Assembly: GCA_964657395.1 (NCBI GenBank) | Contig: CAZZUX010000006.1 | Span: forward strand, 6,192-70,191 | DNA: 64,000 bases | Source: an uncultured Ktedonobacteraceae bacterium | GTDB lineage: Bacteria; Acidobacteriota; Terriglobia; Terriglobales; Acidobacteriaceae | Reading direction: 5' to 3' | Shown here: piece after piece, positions 20,202-30,146 of the stretch | Layout of the letters: the number at the start of each line of letters is the position of its first letter | How positions within the stretch are numbered: the first letter of the stretch is position 1 | Translations under genes and position numbers: made by a program | The notes under the pieces: model-generated | What the model saw: only the letters and a program-made list of their open reading frames with translations | Databases searched by the model: none | What the model was told of the DNA's origin: nothing

Positions 20202-21704
20202 ATGAACCTTCGACTCTTTAATACCCTTTCAGGCCAGGTGGAACAGCTTGTTCCAGAACCTTCCATTCCAGCCGGCTCAACGTTCGGGATGTATGCGTGT
20301 GGCCCCACTGTTTACGACTACGGGCATATTGGCAACTTTCGCACTTTCCTTCATGTGGACCTACTTCGTCGTTTCCTGAAGCAGCAGGGGGTGGCCGTCC
20401 GCCATGTCATGAACATCACTGACGTGGACGACAAGATCATCCGCAATGCGATGGCGGCCGGGGTTTCGATCGGGGAGTACACACCCAAGTACGAGAAGGC
20501 GTTTTTCGAAGATATGGATGCGCTCGGCTGTGAGCGGCCAGAGGTCATTGCGAGGGCCACGGAAAATATTCCGGAGATGACGGCACTGATCGAGCAGCTG
20601 GCTGCGAAAGGTTTCGCCTACAAGACCGAAGATGGGTCGTGGTATTTCCGGATTGCCGGCGATCTGGAGTATGGAAAGCTATCGAAGAAGGATTTTGGCG
20701 GCATCCAGGACGGCGCCCGCGTCGATGTCGATGACTACGACAAGGATGCAGCGCGTGACTTTGCGTTGTGGAAGTCGGCCAGGCCGCATGAGCACCAGTG
20801 GGACACGCCGATCGGCTGCGGCCGACCCGGCTGGCATATTGAATGTTCGGCCATGGCGATGAAGTACCTGGGCATGAATTTCAGCCTGCATGCCGGCGGC
20901 GAAGACCTGATGTTCCCGCACCATGAGAATGAGATTGCGCAGTCCGAATCGGCTACCGGTGAGGTGTTTGCGCGGCACTGGATGCATGTGCGCTTCCTGC
21001 TGGTGGAAGGCCGGAAGATGTCGAAGTCCGAAGGCAACTTCTACACGTTGCGCGACCTGCTGCTGAAGGGGTACAAGGCTTCGGCTATTCGATTCCTGTT
21101 GTTGTCAGTGCCGTATCGCCACCAGTTGAACTTCACGTTTGAGGGACTGATCGAGTCGACTTCGGCGGTAGAGCGATTGCGCACATTTCACAAGCGCGTT
21201 GTGGATGGGCAGGCTGCCGGTAAGTGGCCTGCGGGCGTGAATGGCGAGTTGCAGAGACAGGCGAGTGCTTCGGCAGAGGCGTTTACGGCGGCGCTTGCGG
21301 ATGATCTGAATACAGCCGAAGCGCGCGCGGCGATTTTTGACCTGGTGCGGGTAGGCAATGCTGCGGCAGATAGTGGCACTCTGCATCGGGAGGATGTGCC
21401 GGGAATCCTGGCAGCGCTGGACCGCTTTGATGGCATCTTTGCGGTGCTAGTCAACCGCGACGACTCGATTACGCGTGCGGCGTTGAAGTGGGCCGAGGAG
21501 GAAGGCCGCCTTGAAGACGCGACGCCGGAGTTGCGGGCGAGCCTGGCGCTGACGGATGCGCAGATCGATGCCCTGGTTGAGGAGCGGAACCAGGCGCGGC
21601 GGACGCGGAACTTTGCGCGGGGCGATGAAATTCGGAAGCAGCTTGCCGAGATGGGGATCACGCTCGAGGACAGCAAAGAGGGCGTTCGCTGGAAGCGGAA
21701 ATAA
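20202..21704 (+). CDS. cysS: cysteine--tRNA ligase
   Basis: HIGN (GHIGNFRTF), KMSKS, and CGRPGWHIECSAM zinc-site motifs. Start set at MNLRLFNTLSG; the ORF opens at 20160. Confidence 0.95.
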   Translation: MNLRLFNTLSGQVEQLVPEPSIPAGSTFGMYACGPTVYDYGHIGNFRTFLHVDLLRRFLKQQGVAVRHVMNITDVDDKIIRNAMAAGVSIGEYTPKYEKAFFEDMDALGCERPEVIARATENIPEMTALIEQLAAKGFAYKTEDGSWYFRIAGDLEYGKLSKKDFGGIQDGARVDVDDYDKDAARDFALWKSARPHEHQWDTPIGCGRPGWHIECSAMAMKYLGMNFSLHAGGEDLMFPHHENEIAQSESATGEVFARHWMHVRFLLVEGRKMSKSEGNFYTLRDLLLKGYKASAIRFLLLSVPYRHQLNFTFEGLIESTSAVERLRTFHKRVVDGQAAGKWPAGVNGELQRQASASAEAFTAALADDLNTAEARAAIFDLVRVGNAAADSGTLHREDVPGILAALDRFDGIFAVLVNRDDSITRAALKWAEEEGRLEDATPELRASLALTDAQIDALVEERNQARRTRNFARGDEIRKQLAEMGITLEDSKEGVRWKRK

Positions 21705-21783
21705 TCTGGCTGGTTGGTGACGGGATGGACGAGTCTCGCCAGACGTACGCATCCCGACGCTGATGCATCCGCTCTAATCCGGA

Positions 21784-22944
21784 ATGCCTGTTTCTGCTGA
21801 CGCGCCCCCGGCTCCGCATCTTTCGCTGTCCACTCCGCCGCGAGGTGAGCCTGCCCCACCGCTCGCACCTGAGTTCGCGCATCAAGGCAAGTTGTGGAAG
21901 CCGCGTCGGGTGTTTATTACGCCGGATGCGTATGCGCTGCCCTATGGGCGCACCATGCTGGAGCGGGCTTCGGCTCACGGTGCGGAGGTCACGCGGCTGG
22001 GTGCAAATCGTCTGCCAACGCTCACGGCGGATACGGAACAGAAGCGGTATGCGCTGGCCAAGACGACTTTTGCGATCGTGGTTTCGCCGCCGGGTCAACG
22101 CAAACTGCAGCCGATTCCGCCTTCGGCGGACTGGCAGTTTCATCTTGCGCAAGGGTGCCCGGCGCATTGCCAGTATTGCTATCTTGCAGGGTCGCTGAGT
22201 GGACCACCGGTAACCCGCGCGTATGCAAATGTGCCTGAGATATTGGAGGGGCTGCGCAGTTACGCGGGCCGCGGGAAGGTGACATCGCGCTCCCGCAGTC
22301 GCGCGCAGGAGGGTACGACATTTGAGGCTTCCTGTTATACGGATCCGCTGGGGATTGAGCATTTGACGGGGGCGCTGGAGGCGTCGATCCGCTTCTTCGG
22401 AGAATGGGATGCGCCGGTGCAGTTGCGGTGGACGACCAAATTCGATGCGATCTCGCACCTGCTGCCTTTGCAGCACCATGGACGGACGCGCATCCGCTTT
22501 TCGGTGAATGCGGCGAGTATTGCGCGCGACTTTGAGGGCGGCACGGCGAGTGTGGCGCAGCGGTTGCAGGCATTGCGGCGTGTCGCCATGGCAGGTTATC
22601 CGATTGGGCTGACGATTGCGCCCATCATGCCGGTGCCTGAGTGGCAGCAGCAGTACTCGACGCTGCTGCAATCTGTCGCTGATGCTGTGCGCGACGTCGA
22701 CGGGCTGGATTTGACAGCGGAACTGATTACGCATCGTTTCACGCCGGGATCGAAGGAAGTGCTGCTCGGCTGGTACCCGAAGACGACGCTGGATCTGCGA
22801 GAGGATGCGCGGAGCGAGAAGCGGACCAAGTTCGGCGGCTTTAAGTATGTGTATCCGAAAGATGCGATGGGCGAAATGCGCGACTATTTTGAGAAGACGA
22901 TTGCTGCGCTGCTGCCAACTGCTCGCATTCTTTACTGGACTTGA
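21784..22944 (+). CDS. spore photoproduct lyase-family radical SAM protein
   Basis: 386 aa with the CPAHCQYCYL radical SAM CxxxCxxC motif. Overall layout resembles SplB-type DNA repair lyases. Assignment from memory of the family. Confidence 0.7.
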   Translation: MPVSADAPPAPHLSLSTPPRGEPAPPLAPEFAHQGKLWKPRRVFITPDAYALPYGRTMLERASAHGAEVTRLGANRLPTLTADTEQKRYALAKTTFAIVVSPPGQRKLQPIPPSADWQFHLAQGCPAHCQYCYLAGSLSGPPVTRAYANVPEILEGLRSYAGRGKVTSRSRSRAQEGTTFEASCYTDPLGIEHLTGALEASIRFFGEWDAPVQLRWTTKFDAISHLLPLQHHGRTRIRFSVNAASIARDFEGGTASVAQRLQALRRVAMAGYPIGLTIAPIMPVPEWQQQYSTLLQSVADAVRDVDGLDLTAELITHRFTPGSKEVLLGWYPKTTLDLREDARSEKRTKFGGFKYVYPKDAMGEMRDYFEKTIAALLPTARILYWT

Positions 22945-23053
22945 TCAGGCGGGGGCCACAGACGTGTGCGGCCTTAGATAGCCGGACTGTTTAAAAGAGG
23001 TTCGCGCATAGTGCGAAGGCCTATCCTAGCTGCGCGAGGATGGGGCACCCGGC

Positions 23054-24607
23054 TCAGTGGCGGGCGTACTGGACTGGCGCGGAGATGCGGTTGAGGATGC
23101 TGTTCTTTCCTACCATGCGGACGATGAACGTGTGCGGTCCGGCAGACAGCTTATCAAGTGCCATCGTGCCGTTGGGGGCCGCTGGTATGTTGGCGAGAAG
23201 AGTCACATCGCGGCCGTTGCGGGAGTCGTAGATCTCGATGTGAGAGACGGTAGTGAGGCTGGCAGCTGACGGATTGGCTGTCTCAAGCGACCATGCGAGA
23301 TTGCTGCCATCGACTTTCGCGCTGACGGTGTAGCAGTTGTCGATGCCGCTCTCGATCTCGGTGCCTTCGTTGTAGTCGTTCCAGGTAGCGATCTGGAGAT
23401 ACGGTAAACCGCTTCCGCCGTTGAACGAGGCGCTCTCGGCGAGCGACTTGATCCAGAGCTGGCCGCATTGCTGGTCCATGATGCGATTGGCGCCCCAGTT
23501 GGACTGGACGCTGTTGAAGCCCTTGTAGGCGAGGCCCCACAGCAGGGTGTTCGGGTGGCTGGATGCGGTTTGATAGAAGTGGGCCAGGGTGCCGCTGGTG
23601 GTTGCGGGTCCGATGTTCTGCACCGACTGATCGCGCACTGGATCAGTGCCTTCGGGTTTGAGCCAGTAGTATGCGCCGGAGGACGCCTTGCGCGTGAAAC
23701 CGGCAGCGTTCTCGAAGATGATCATGGGTACGCCGTTGTTGGCGTTGTACGGCGGCTTCGCACAGTTCTTTGGCAGGTCGCTGTTCCATTCTTCGAGATG
23801 GACCCAGACGTCAGTCCAGGACGGGGCTGATCCGGATTCCGGGATGATGGCATCTTCCGGAAAGATCTGGAGGACAGGTCGCCCGTTGATCTTCTGATAG
23901 GCATCATTGCCAAAGTGAAAGCCGTTCAGGTAACACAGGTCGTTCCGCATGTGAGCGATGACGCAGTTTTCGTAGTCGCCGCCCGATCTGCCGGAACAAC
24001 TGGCGCCGGAGGTGCCGGGGATGCCGGTGGGCGTGACCGTGTAGCCGGTGGCAGGACCGTCGTACATGATGAGGTACATGGGCGAGCAGGCCTGGGGACC
24101 GCTGCAGTACTTCGAGCCAACGTAGCCCTGGAGCTTGAGCGCGGCGGAATCCTCGGAGGTGCCGGCGCCTTCCCAGGTAAGGATGGCTCCATCGATGTGG
24201 CGGCGTTTGATGTCTTCTACCTGGGCAGCGACGGTTTTCCGGTCGTTGGAGTTGTAGCCGGTCACGACGTTGTTGTGACAGTGATCCGAGTCAGTGTCGG
24301 TGCAGAAGCCGAGCATGATGTTGGCGAAGATTTTTGTGGCTTCGCCATGGCCGAGATAGGTGTGGAGATCTTCGGTTGAGACGTTGCCGGCTGGCCGGTC
24401 GAAGACAGGAGTTGCTACCTGAGGTCGTGTGTCGTTCTGGCCGGTGAATGGTTTGCGACAATGCGGCGGCAATTTACCGCCGGCAGGGCAGGCAGATGTG
24501 TTGTTTGCGGTGAGCGAGGCAAGGCTGATCTGGGCCAGGGCACTGGTTGTGCAGCACAGCAGGAGTAAGAACAGCGCCAGACGGGCCTTGGTGAATGGTG
24601 GAATGAT
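23054..24607 (-). CDS. secreted glycoside hydrolase-like protein (GH71/GH99-like barrel plus C-terminal beta domain), probable non-canonical start
   Basis: IATWNDYNEGTEIESG resembles the GH71/GH99 signature. The track ORF starts at a TTG at 24472. The in-frame upstream 45 codons encode a textbook signal peptide (KARLALFLLLLCCTTSALAQ) with GAGGA 6 nt before an ATC at 24607. The 5' end is uncertain. Confidence 0.6.
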   Translation of the reverse strand: MIPPFTKARLALFLLLLCCTTSALAQISLASLTANNTSACPAGGKLPPHCRKPFTGQNDTRPQVATPVFDRPAGNVSTEDLHTYLGHGEATKIFANIMLGFCTDTDSDHCHNNVVTGYNSNDRKTVAAQVEDIKRRHIDGAILTWEGAGTSEDSAALKLQGYVGSKYCSGPQACSPMYLIMYDGPATGYTVTPTGIPGTSGASCSGRSGGDYENCVIAHMRNDLCYLNGFHFGNDAYQKINGRPVLQIFPEDAIIPESGSAPSWTDVWVHLEEWNSDLPKNCAKPPYNANNGVPMIIFENAAGFTRKASSGAYYWLKPEGTDPVRDQSVQNIGPATTSGTLAHFYQTASSHPNTLLWGLAYKGFNSVQSNWGANRIMDQQCGQLWIKSLAESASFNGGSGLPYLQIATWNDYNEGTEIESGIDNCYTVSAKVDGSNLAWSLETANPSAASLTTVSHIEIYDSRNGRDVTLLANIPAAPNGTMALDKLSAGPHTFIVRMVGKNSILNRISAPVQYARH

Positions 24608-24730
24608 TTCAGATCCTCAAATGGACAGGGTGCTCTGCTGATTGTGACGCATCTCCGTTAGACGCGGCAGCACTTCCGGCGTCTAAAACGATCTGTCGGT
24701 CATCCCTGCGGGAAACCTTGGTGTCGTGAA

Positions 24731-25498
24731 TCAGTGCATCGGCGGCAGGGCATTGTCGCTGAACTGCGGGATGCCGAAATGTCCGCGCAGATGCAGAAGG
24801 TCCATGGTGCTCAGGTCGCCGGAGACTGCGATGAGGTTCAGGTTCGAGGGGCCAGCCAGCAGGATCGCGCAGCCGGCGACGTTGATGCCCCTGGTCGCGA
24901 TCCAGAGATCGGTCTGGCCTTTGGCGTAACCAGCGCCGTCGGTATGCGTGTGAGCAGTGACAACATGCTTCCACCCGAGCGCGTTGTACTGGGCGCGCAC
25001 GGCGTCGAGTTCAGCAGGGTTGTAGGCGCCGGGACCGCGGAAACGGTAGGAATGCACAGAGATGCCGTTGAGGCGGCCAAGGGACTGCCGGGTCGGCTCA
25101 TCGAGGCCGTACAGGTTACCGGCGAGGGCGAGCATGGAGCGGTCAAAGGTGAAGTCGGTGTGCCAGGACGCTTGCTGGGCGAGTATGTTCATCCCCTGCG
25201 GGATCCAGGACAGAGTGTCCTGCCCCTGCGGAGGAGGCGGATAGGCCGGAGCTTGATAGGCCGGCGGGGGGTAATTCTGGGCCGGGCCGCTGGGTGCCGG
25301 GTAGTTCTGTGACGGCGGATCCTGGCTGGGATAGGCCGGGCCACCCTGGTTGTACTGGCCCTGATCCTGCGCGGGTGCAGCAGTGTCCGGCGGCGGGTAA
25401 GCGGAAGTCTGGGCATTGCTCGCGAGGGGTAGGGAGGCGGTAAGCAGGCAGGCTGCCAAGGCGGCAGTTGCGGAAAGATGTTTGAATTTCGGAAACAT
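24731..25498 (-). CDS. DUF4252-like secreted protein with a Tyr/Pro/Gln-rich linker
   Basis: Start at MFPKFKHLS, with GAGGAG upstream. Signal peptide followed by about 70 aa of YPPP/QNYP low complexity, then a domain paralogous to 1243..1920. Confidence 0.75.
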   Translation of the reverse strand: MFPKFKHLSATAALAACLLTASLPLASNAQTSAYPPPDTAAPAQDQGQYNQGGPAYPSQDPPSQNYPAPSGPAQNYPPPAYQAPAYPPPPQGQDTLSWIPQGMNILAQQASWHTDFTFDRSMLALAGNLYGLDEPTRQSLGRLNGISVHSYRFRGPGAYNPAELDAVRAQYNALGWKHVVTAHTHTDGAGYAKGQTDLWIATRGINVAGCAILLAGPSNLNLIAVSGDLSTMDLLHLRGHFGIPQFSDNALPPMH

Positions 25499-25604
25499 GG
25501 GACTCCTCGCGGAACAATTCCCGGGCACTCATGGAAACCCGCTCCGGGGACCGATGTTGCGCCTGAGGCCGCCGATAGTCGTGAAGCGGCGAAGCTCTGT
25601 GCAA

Positions 25605-26126
25605 TCAGACGATCTCGCCGCCCGGCTGGTTGCGGGAGATACCGACGGCCAGCATGATCAGCCAGAACAGGAATTGCAGCGAGCAGGCTCCGACCAGGTC
25701 CAGCATGACATCCTGCGGCGTCCCGGTGCGGTTGGGCAGGAAGTGCTGATGATACTCGTCGGCGGAAGCGACGGCGAGCGTGCAGGCCAGCGCGTAGATG
25801 ACGTTTTCGATGCGGTAGCTTCGGCGACGGATGATCTCCGACGTGCGGTACCAGGCGCGATAGAACAACAGGCTGAGGGTGCCGTAGCCGGCGAAGTGGC
25901 CGGTTTTGCGGATGATGTGGTGCACGGTCTCCCAGCGAACGTCGGACACGGTGCCGAAGAGTGACTGCCACAGCATGCGCAGAGGGCCGCTGGTGTTGTT
26001 CGCGCCGAAGCTTGGTGTTGATTCGAGCATGATGACGCAGACGCCGATGAGCGCCGGCAGCCATGCGAGGAAGATGCGGAGGGGCCGAGGTTTTCGACGC
26101 CGTGTGCGGGGCGGACTCAACGACAT
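25605..26126 (-). CDS. VanZ family membrane protein
   Basis: 173 aa. IRKTGHFAGYGTLSLLFYRAW and DEYHQHFLPNRTGTPQDVMLDLVGA are typical VanZ-like motifs. Confidence 0.8.
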   Translation of the reverse strand: MSLSPPRTRRRKPRPLRIFLAWLPALIGVCVIMLESTPSFGANNTSGPLRMLWQSLFGTVSDVRWETVHHIIRKTGHFAGYGTLSLLFYRAWYRTSEIIRRRSYRIENVIYALACTLAVASADEYHQHFLPNRTGTPQDVMLDLVGACSLQFLFWLIMLAVGISRNQPGGEIV

Positions 26127-26183
26127 GCGCGACAGCCCGACGATGTTTGTTTACCGTGAAGCGTTCGAGCTAAGGAAGAGAAG

Positions 26184-26201
26184 TGCGACCAACGGGAGCA
26201 T
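26184..26201 (+). repeat. intergenic repeat core TGCGACCAACGGGAGCAT (copy A)
   Basis: The exact 18-mer is shared with 37517..37534 (same strand) and 37403..37420 (reverse complement). Flanks are partly similar to the 37403 copy. Confidence 0.7.
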
Positions 26202-26234
26202 AAACGCGTAGCGTGGTGGCCCGCACCGCAGGTG

Positions 26235-27758
26235 CTATTCGACATGGTAGTTGGGGGCTTCGCGAGTGATGATGACGTCGTGAACGTGGCTTTCGCGCAG
26301 GCCGGCGTTGGAGATGCGGACGAAGCGGGCGTTCTGTTGCAATTCCGGGATGGTGCCGCAGCCGAGATAGCCCATGCCGGAGCGCAGGCCGCCGACCAGC
26401 TGGTAGACCATGGACTCCAGTGGTCCGCGGTGGGGAACGCGGCCTTCGATGCCTTCCGGCACAAATTTGGCGAGGCGATTGTTGCCCTGGCGCTCGCGGG
26501 CGACTACGCCTTCCATGCGGCCGGCGTCGTCCGTGAAGTCGTCTTTACCCTGGAAGTAGCGCTCGCCGGATCCCTGGGCCATGGCGGAGAGTGAACCCAT
26601 ACCGCGGTATGCCTTGAACGAGCGGCCCTGGTAAAGGATGGTTTCGCCGGGGCTTTCGTCGACGCCGGCGAAGAGCGAGCCGATCATGACGGCGCTCGCA
26701 CCGGCGGCGATGGCCTTGGTGACATCGCCGGAATACTTGATGCCACCATCGGCGATGATGGGCACGCCGCGCTCGATGCCGGCTTTGTAACAGGCGCTGA
26801 TCGCTGTGATCTGCGGCATGCCGGCGCCGGTGACCATGCGGGTGGTGCAGATGGAGCCGGGGCCGATGCCGACTTTGACGGCGTCTGCACCGGCGTCCAT
26901 GAGGGCGATGGCGCCTTCGTAGGTGGCGACATTGCCGGCGATCAGGTCGGTGTCCGGGAACCTTGCTTTTACATCGCGAACGGCCTGGAGGACGCGCGCG
27001 GAGTGCCCGTGGGCGGAGTCGATGGACAGAATGTCCGTGCGCGCGCGGATGAGCTCGCCGGCACGCTCGAGATAGTCGCCGGTGGCGCCGATGGCCGCGC
27101 CAACGCGGAGGCGGCCCTGCGAGTCCTTGGCGGCGCTGGGGTATTTGAGCTTCTTCTGAATGTCCTTGACGGTGATGAGGCCCTTGAGTTCATAGTCGCC
27201 ATTGACGACGAGAAGTTTTTCCACGCGATGCTGATGCAGGATCTGTTCTGCCTCTTCGAGCGTGGTGCCGACCGGAACGGTGATCAGGTCTTTCTTCGTC
27301 ATGACATCGCCGACGGGAATGTCAGTGCGCGTTTCGAAGCGCAGGTCGCGGTTGGTCAGGATGCCTACCAGACGCTTGCCCTGGGTGACGGGGACGCCGG
27401 AGATTTTGTAGCGGCGCATGACTTCGAGAGCGTCGGAGATGAGCTGTTCGGGCCCTATGGTGACCGGGTCGACGATCATGCCGCTTTCCGAACGCTTTAC
27501 TTTGTCGACTTCGCCCGCCTGCTGCTCGATGGTGAGATTGCGGTGAATGATGCCAAGGCCGCCCTGCTGCGCCATGGCGATGGCGAGACGCGATTCCGTC
27601 ACGGTGTCCATGGCAGCGGACAGGAGCGGCGTGGTGAGCTGGATGCGGGGCGTGAGCTGAGTCTGGGTGCTGACCTGCGTGGGCACAACGTCGCTGTAAG
27701 CAGGGACCAGGAGTACGTCGTCAAAAGTAAGGGCTTCCGGAACTGGGAATTCGATCAT
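26235..27758 (-). CDS. guaB: IMP dehydrogenase
   Basis: 507 aa. [13 protein letters not shown], a CBS pair, the catalytic loop [11 protein letters not shown] and GGIKYSGD. Confidence 0.96.
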   Translation of the reverse strand: MIEFPVPEALTFDDVLLVPAYSDVVPTQVSTQTQLTPRIQLTTPLLSAAMDTVTESRLAIAMAQQGGLGIIHRNLTIEQQAGEVDKVKRSESGMIVDPVTIGPEQLISDALEVMRRYKISGVPVTQGKRLVGILTNRDLRFETRTDIPVGDVMTKKDLITVPVGTTLEEAEQILHQHRVEKLLVVNGDYELKGLITVKDIQKKLKYPSAAKDSQGRLRVGAAIGATGDYLERAGELIRARTDILSIDSAHGHSARVLQAVRDVKARFPDTDLIAGNVATYEGAIALMDAGADAVKVGIGPGSICTTRMVTGAGMPQITAISACYKAGIERGVPIIADGGIKYSGDVTKAIAAGASAVMIGSLFAGVDESPGETILYQGRSFKAYRGMGSLSAMAQGSGERYFQGKDDFTDDAGRMEGVVARERQGNNRLAKFVPEGIEGRVPHRGPLESMVYQLVGGLRSGMGYLGCGTIPELQQNARFVRISNAGLRESHVHDVIITREAPNYHVE

Positions 27759-28082
27759 GTCTCTCTTTAGTGGTAGATGACGGCAAAGGCTGTGCGATTC
27801 ACAGCTGGTTCAGGCTTGCCGGTTCGCGCGCTTGGATGTGTCCAGGTTGTTGTTGATTGTAGGGTGGGCGGCTCGACAGGGCAAACAGCATTGCGGCGGC
27901 CCGATGGTTTTCGATGAATAAGCGTCCCGGCCGCGGCCGCTGGTAACCGATCAGCGCGGCGCCATTGCTAAACGGAACCCGCACCGCAGCCGATAACCGA
28001 GGCAGCGCGGAATCTTCCGGGCGCTGCCCTGAGGGTCTGAGTCGAGAGGATTGCCGGTCTGTTTGCAATACCTGCTGCTGTT

Positions 28083-29951
28083 ATGGAAGACCCGGAGAGT
28101 AATGGAGCAATGACCTATCTGTGCGAGCAGCCTGCAGTGTCTCGCCTGCCGCCCACCGGGCGCCTGCTGCGGGTTGGCTGCGGACTGATCATCCTGTCGA
28201 TCGCCGGCACCCTGCTAAACGACCAAAGCTACAGGCTGAGCGGCGTTTCGCTGATATGGCTGGCGAACGCGTTGTTGATGGGTGTGTTGCTGCGCTCCCC
28301 GAAGCGGCAGTGGCCATCCTTTCTGGCGCTTGGCTACGGCATCGATCTTGCTCTTAACCTGTTGCAGAAGGATTCACTTCGCAGCTCTGCGGTTTTCAGT
28401 GTCTGCAACCTGGTGGAGGTGCTGGTCGGCGCATTGCTGATGTATCCGACCATGGCGCCGGAGGCGGACCTGACGGAAGCGCGGCAACTTCGCAGTTTTC
28501 TGTTGTACGGGGTCCTGCTCGCACCAGCAGCAGCCTCGCTGATGGCGGCCTGCTTCCTGGTGAGTGTGGAGGGTGCGCCGTTTGCTGCCTCAATGCGTGT
28601 GTGGTTCGCTGCTGACGTCCTCGGGATTGCGACAGTGCTGCCCCTGTATCTCTCCTACCAGCAGGGCAAGCCATTCTCGCTTCGCTCCCGGCTGGAGGTG
28701 ACCAGTCTTTTCGGACTGCTGTCGATCACTACCCTGGCCATTTTTCTTGTCACGACCTACCCGATGCTGTGGCTAGTGCTGATGGTGCTGCTGCTGCTGG
28801 GAGTGCGCCTCGGCTTTACCGGCTCGGCTCTCGGGCTGCTTGCCGTCACATTCATTGGGGGATACCTGACAGCAGACGGACACGGTCCCTTGAGCAGTGC
28901 GAGACACGGCTCACTGGCGGCAAGGATTTTGATCTTTCAATGGTTCATAGCAATGTCGATGTTTGCCTTGTATGCGACGGAGGTCGCGATGTCTGCAAAC
29001 CGGCGGATTCGGTTCCGCCTGGAGGCGAGCGAGTCCCGCTTCCGTTCGATGGCCGAGGCATCGCGCGACATTATCCTGCTTGCGGATCTTCAGCGTGTCC
29101 CGCAGTACATCTCTCCAGCGCTGACCGAGCTCCTGGGCTGGACCGAGCAAGACGTCCTGGGCAAGCACTTTGGCGAACTGGCCCGGCCGGAACATCTCCC
29201 CGGTCTGCGCGCCACTCTCGATGATCTGCTGGAAGGCCGGGAGCCGCGTCCGTTCACGTACCAAAGCCTGAAGAAGGATGGCAGCTACGTCTGGCTGGAA
29301 GCGACGGCGCGCCTGCTGCGCGATGAAGAGTCGGGAGAGCCTTCCGGGTTTGTCTGTGTGCTGCGTGACGTTTCAGAGCGTAAAGCGGCGGAGGACCGGA
29401 TGCTGCAGGCCTATGAACAGGTGGAGCAGCTTGCCCTGGTGGACGGGCTGACCGGCATCGCGAACCGCCGCCTTCTGGACCAGGTGCTTCATCGCGAGTG
29501 GCAGAGCGGCCGCCGCGACCTGACGCCGTTAACCCTGCTGGTGATCGATGTGGACCATTTCAAGGCTTACAACGACTCCTACGGCCACCTGGAAGGAGAC
29601 GAATGCCTGCGTCGCCTGGCACGGGAGATTGAGGCAACTCTGCGCCGGCCGCTTGATATGCTTGGCCGCTACGGCGGCGAGGAGTTTGTCGCGGTGCTTC
29701 CGAATACGCCGGAAGAGAGCGCGGAAATGATGTCAGAGCTGGTAAGAAGTGTCGTAGCGGCCTGCTGTATTCCGCACTCCACCAGTCCGCACGGCATTGT
29801 GACGGTCAGCGTCGGTTGCGCGACCGGTATTCCAGACGTCCACTCGGATCCCAGTGACCTGCTTCGAGCGGCGGACAGTGCCCTCTACCGTGCCAAGATG
29901 AAGGGCCGCAACCGAAGAGAGATGGCGTGGAGCCCTCAGCCGGTGCTGTGA
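28083..29951 (+). CDS. membrane-bound diguanylate cyclase (MASE1-like integral membrane sensor, PAS, GGDEF)
   Basis: 622 aa. About 8 TM segments, a PAS domain (ESRFRSMAEASRDIILL...), and a GGDEF domain with RYGGEEF and an RxxD-type site. Start uncertain (28083 or 28110). Confidence 0.88.
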   Translation: MEDPESNGAMTYLCEQPAVSRLPPTGRLLRVGCGLIILSIAGTLLNDQSYRLSGVSLIWLANALLMGVLLRSPKRQWPSFLALGYGIDLALNLLQKDSLRSSAVFSVCNLVEVLVGALLMYPTMAPEADLTEARQLRSFLLYGVLLAPAAASLMAACFLVSVEGAPFAASMRVWFAADVLGIATVLPLYLSYQQGKPFSLRSRLEVTSLFGLLSITTLAIFLVTTYPMLWLVLMVLLLLGVRLGFTGSALGLLAVTFIGGYLTADGHGPLSSARHGSLAARILIFQWFIAMSMFALYATEVAMSANRRIRFRLEASESRFRSMAEASRDIILLADLQRVPQYISPALTELLGWTEQDVLGKHFGELARPEHLPGLRATLDDLLEGREPRPFTYQSLKKDGSYVWLEATARLLRDEESGEPSGFVCVLRDVSERKAAEDRMLQAYEQVEQLALVDGLTGIANRRLLDQVLHREWQSGRRDLTPLTLLVIDVDHFKAYNDSYGHLEGDECLRRLAREIEATLRRPLDMLGRYGGEEFVAVLPNTPEESAEMMSELVRSVVAACCIPHSTSPHGIVTVSVGCATGIPDVHSDPSDLLRAADSALYRAKMKGRNRREMAWSPQPVL

Positions 29952-30146
29952 CCGAACGTTCAGAGATTGATCGACTGGCTTTGTGAACTGTTTGCAGCTG
30001 TACCACTTTGGTCAGCCTGGCCGAAGGGACGTTGGGCGGCGGCAGTCCAATTGAATTTCGATCAACCGAGGCGTATCTTAGAAAGTATAGCGAGTTTGTT
30101 CCGGCTTCGTTTGCCTTGCATCCAGCAGACGCGGCCAGGAGAGACG

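Noticed and set aside
21658-22734. 358-aa minus-strand ORF opposite the SPL-like radical SAM gene
   Set aside because: Arg-rich antisense artefact. The plus-strand frame carries the CxxxCxxC motif and a sensible composition.
25189-26064. 291-aa minus-strand ORF overlapping the DUF4252-like and VanZ genes in another frame
   Set aside because: It is an Arg/Pro/His-rich alternative-frame artefact bridging two separately supported genes.
29952-30146. SRP (4.5S) RNA or 6S RNA upstream of rimP
   Set aside because: GGTCAGCCTGGCCGAAGGGACG only superficially resembles the SRP domain IV sequence. The conserved GGAA/AGCA loop elements are absent. It is kept only as an unclassified candidate RNA.
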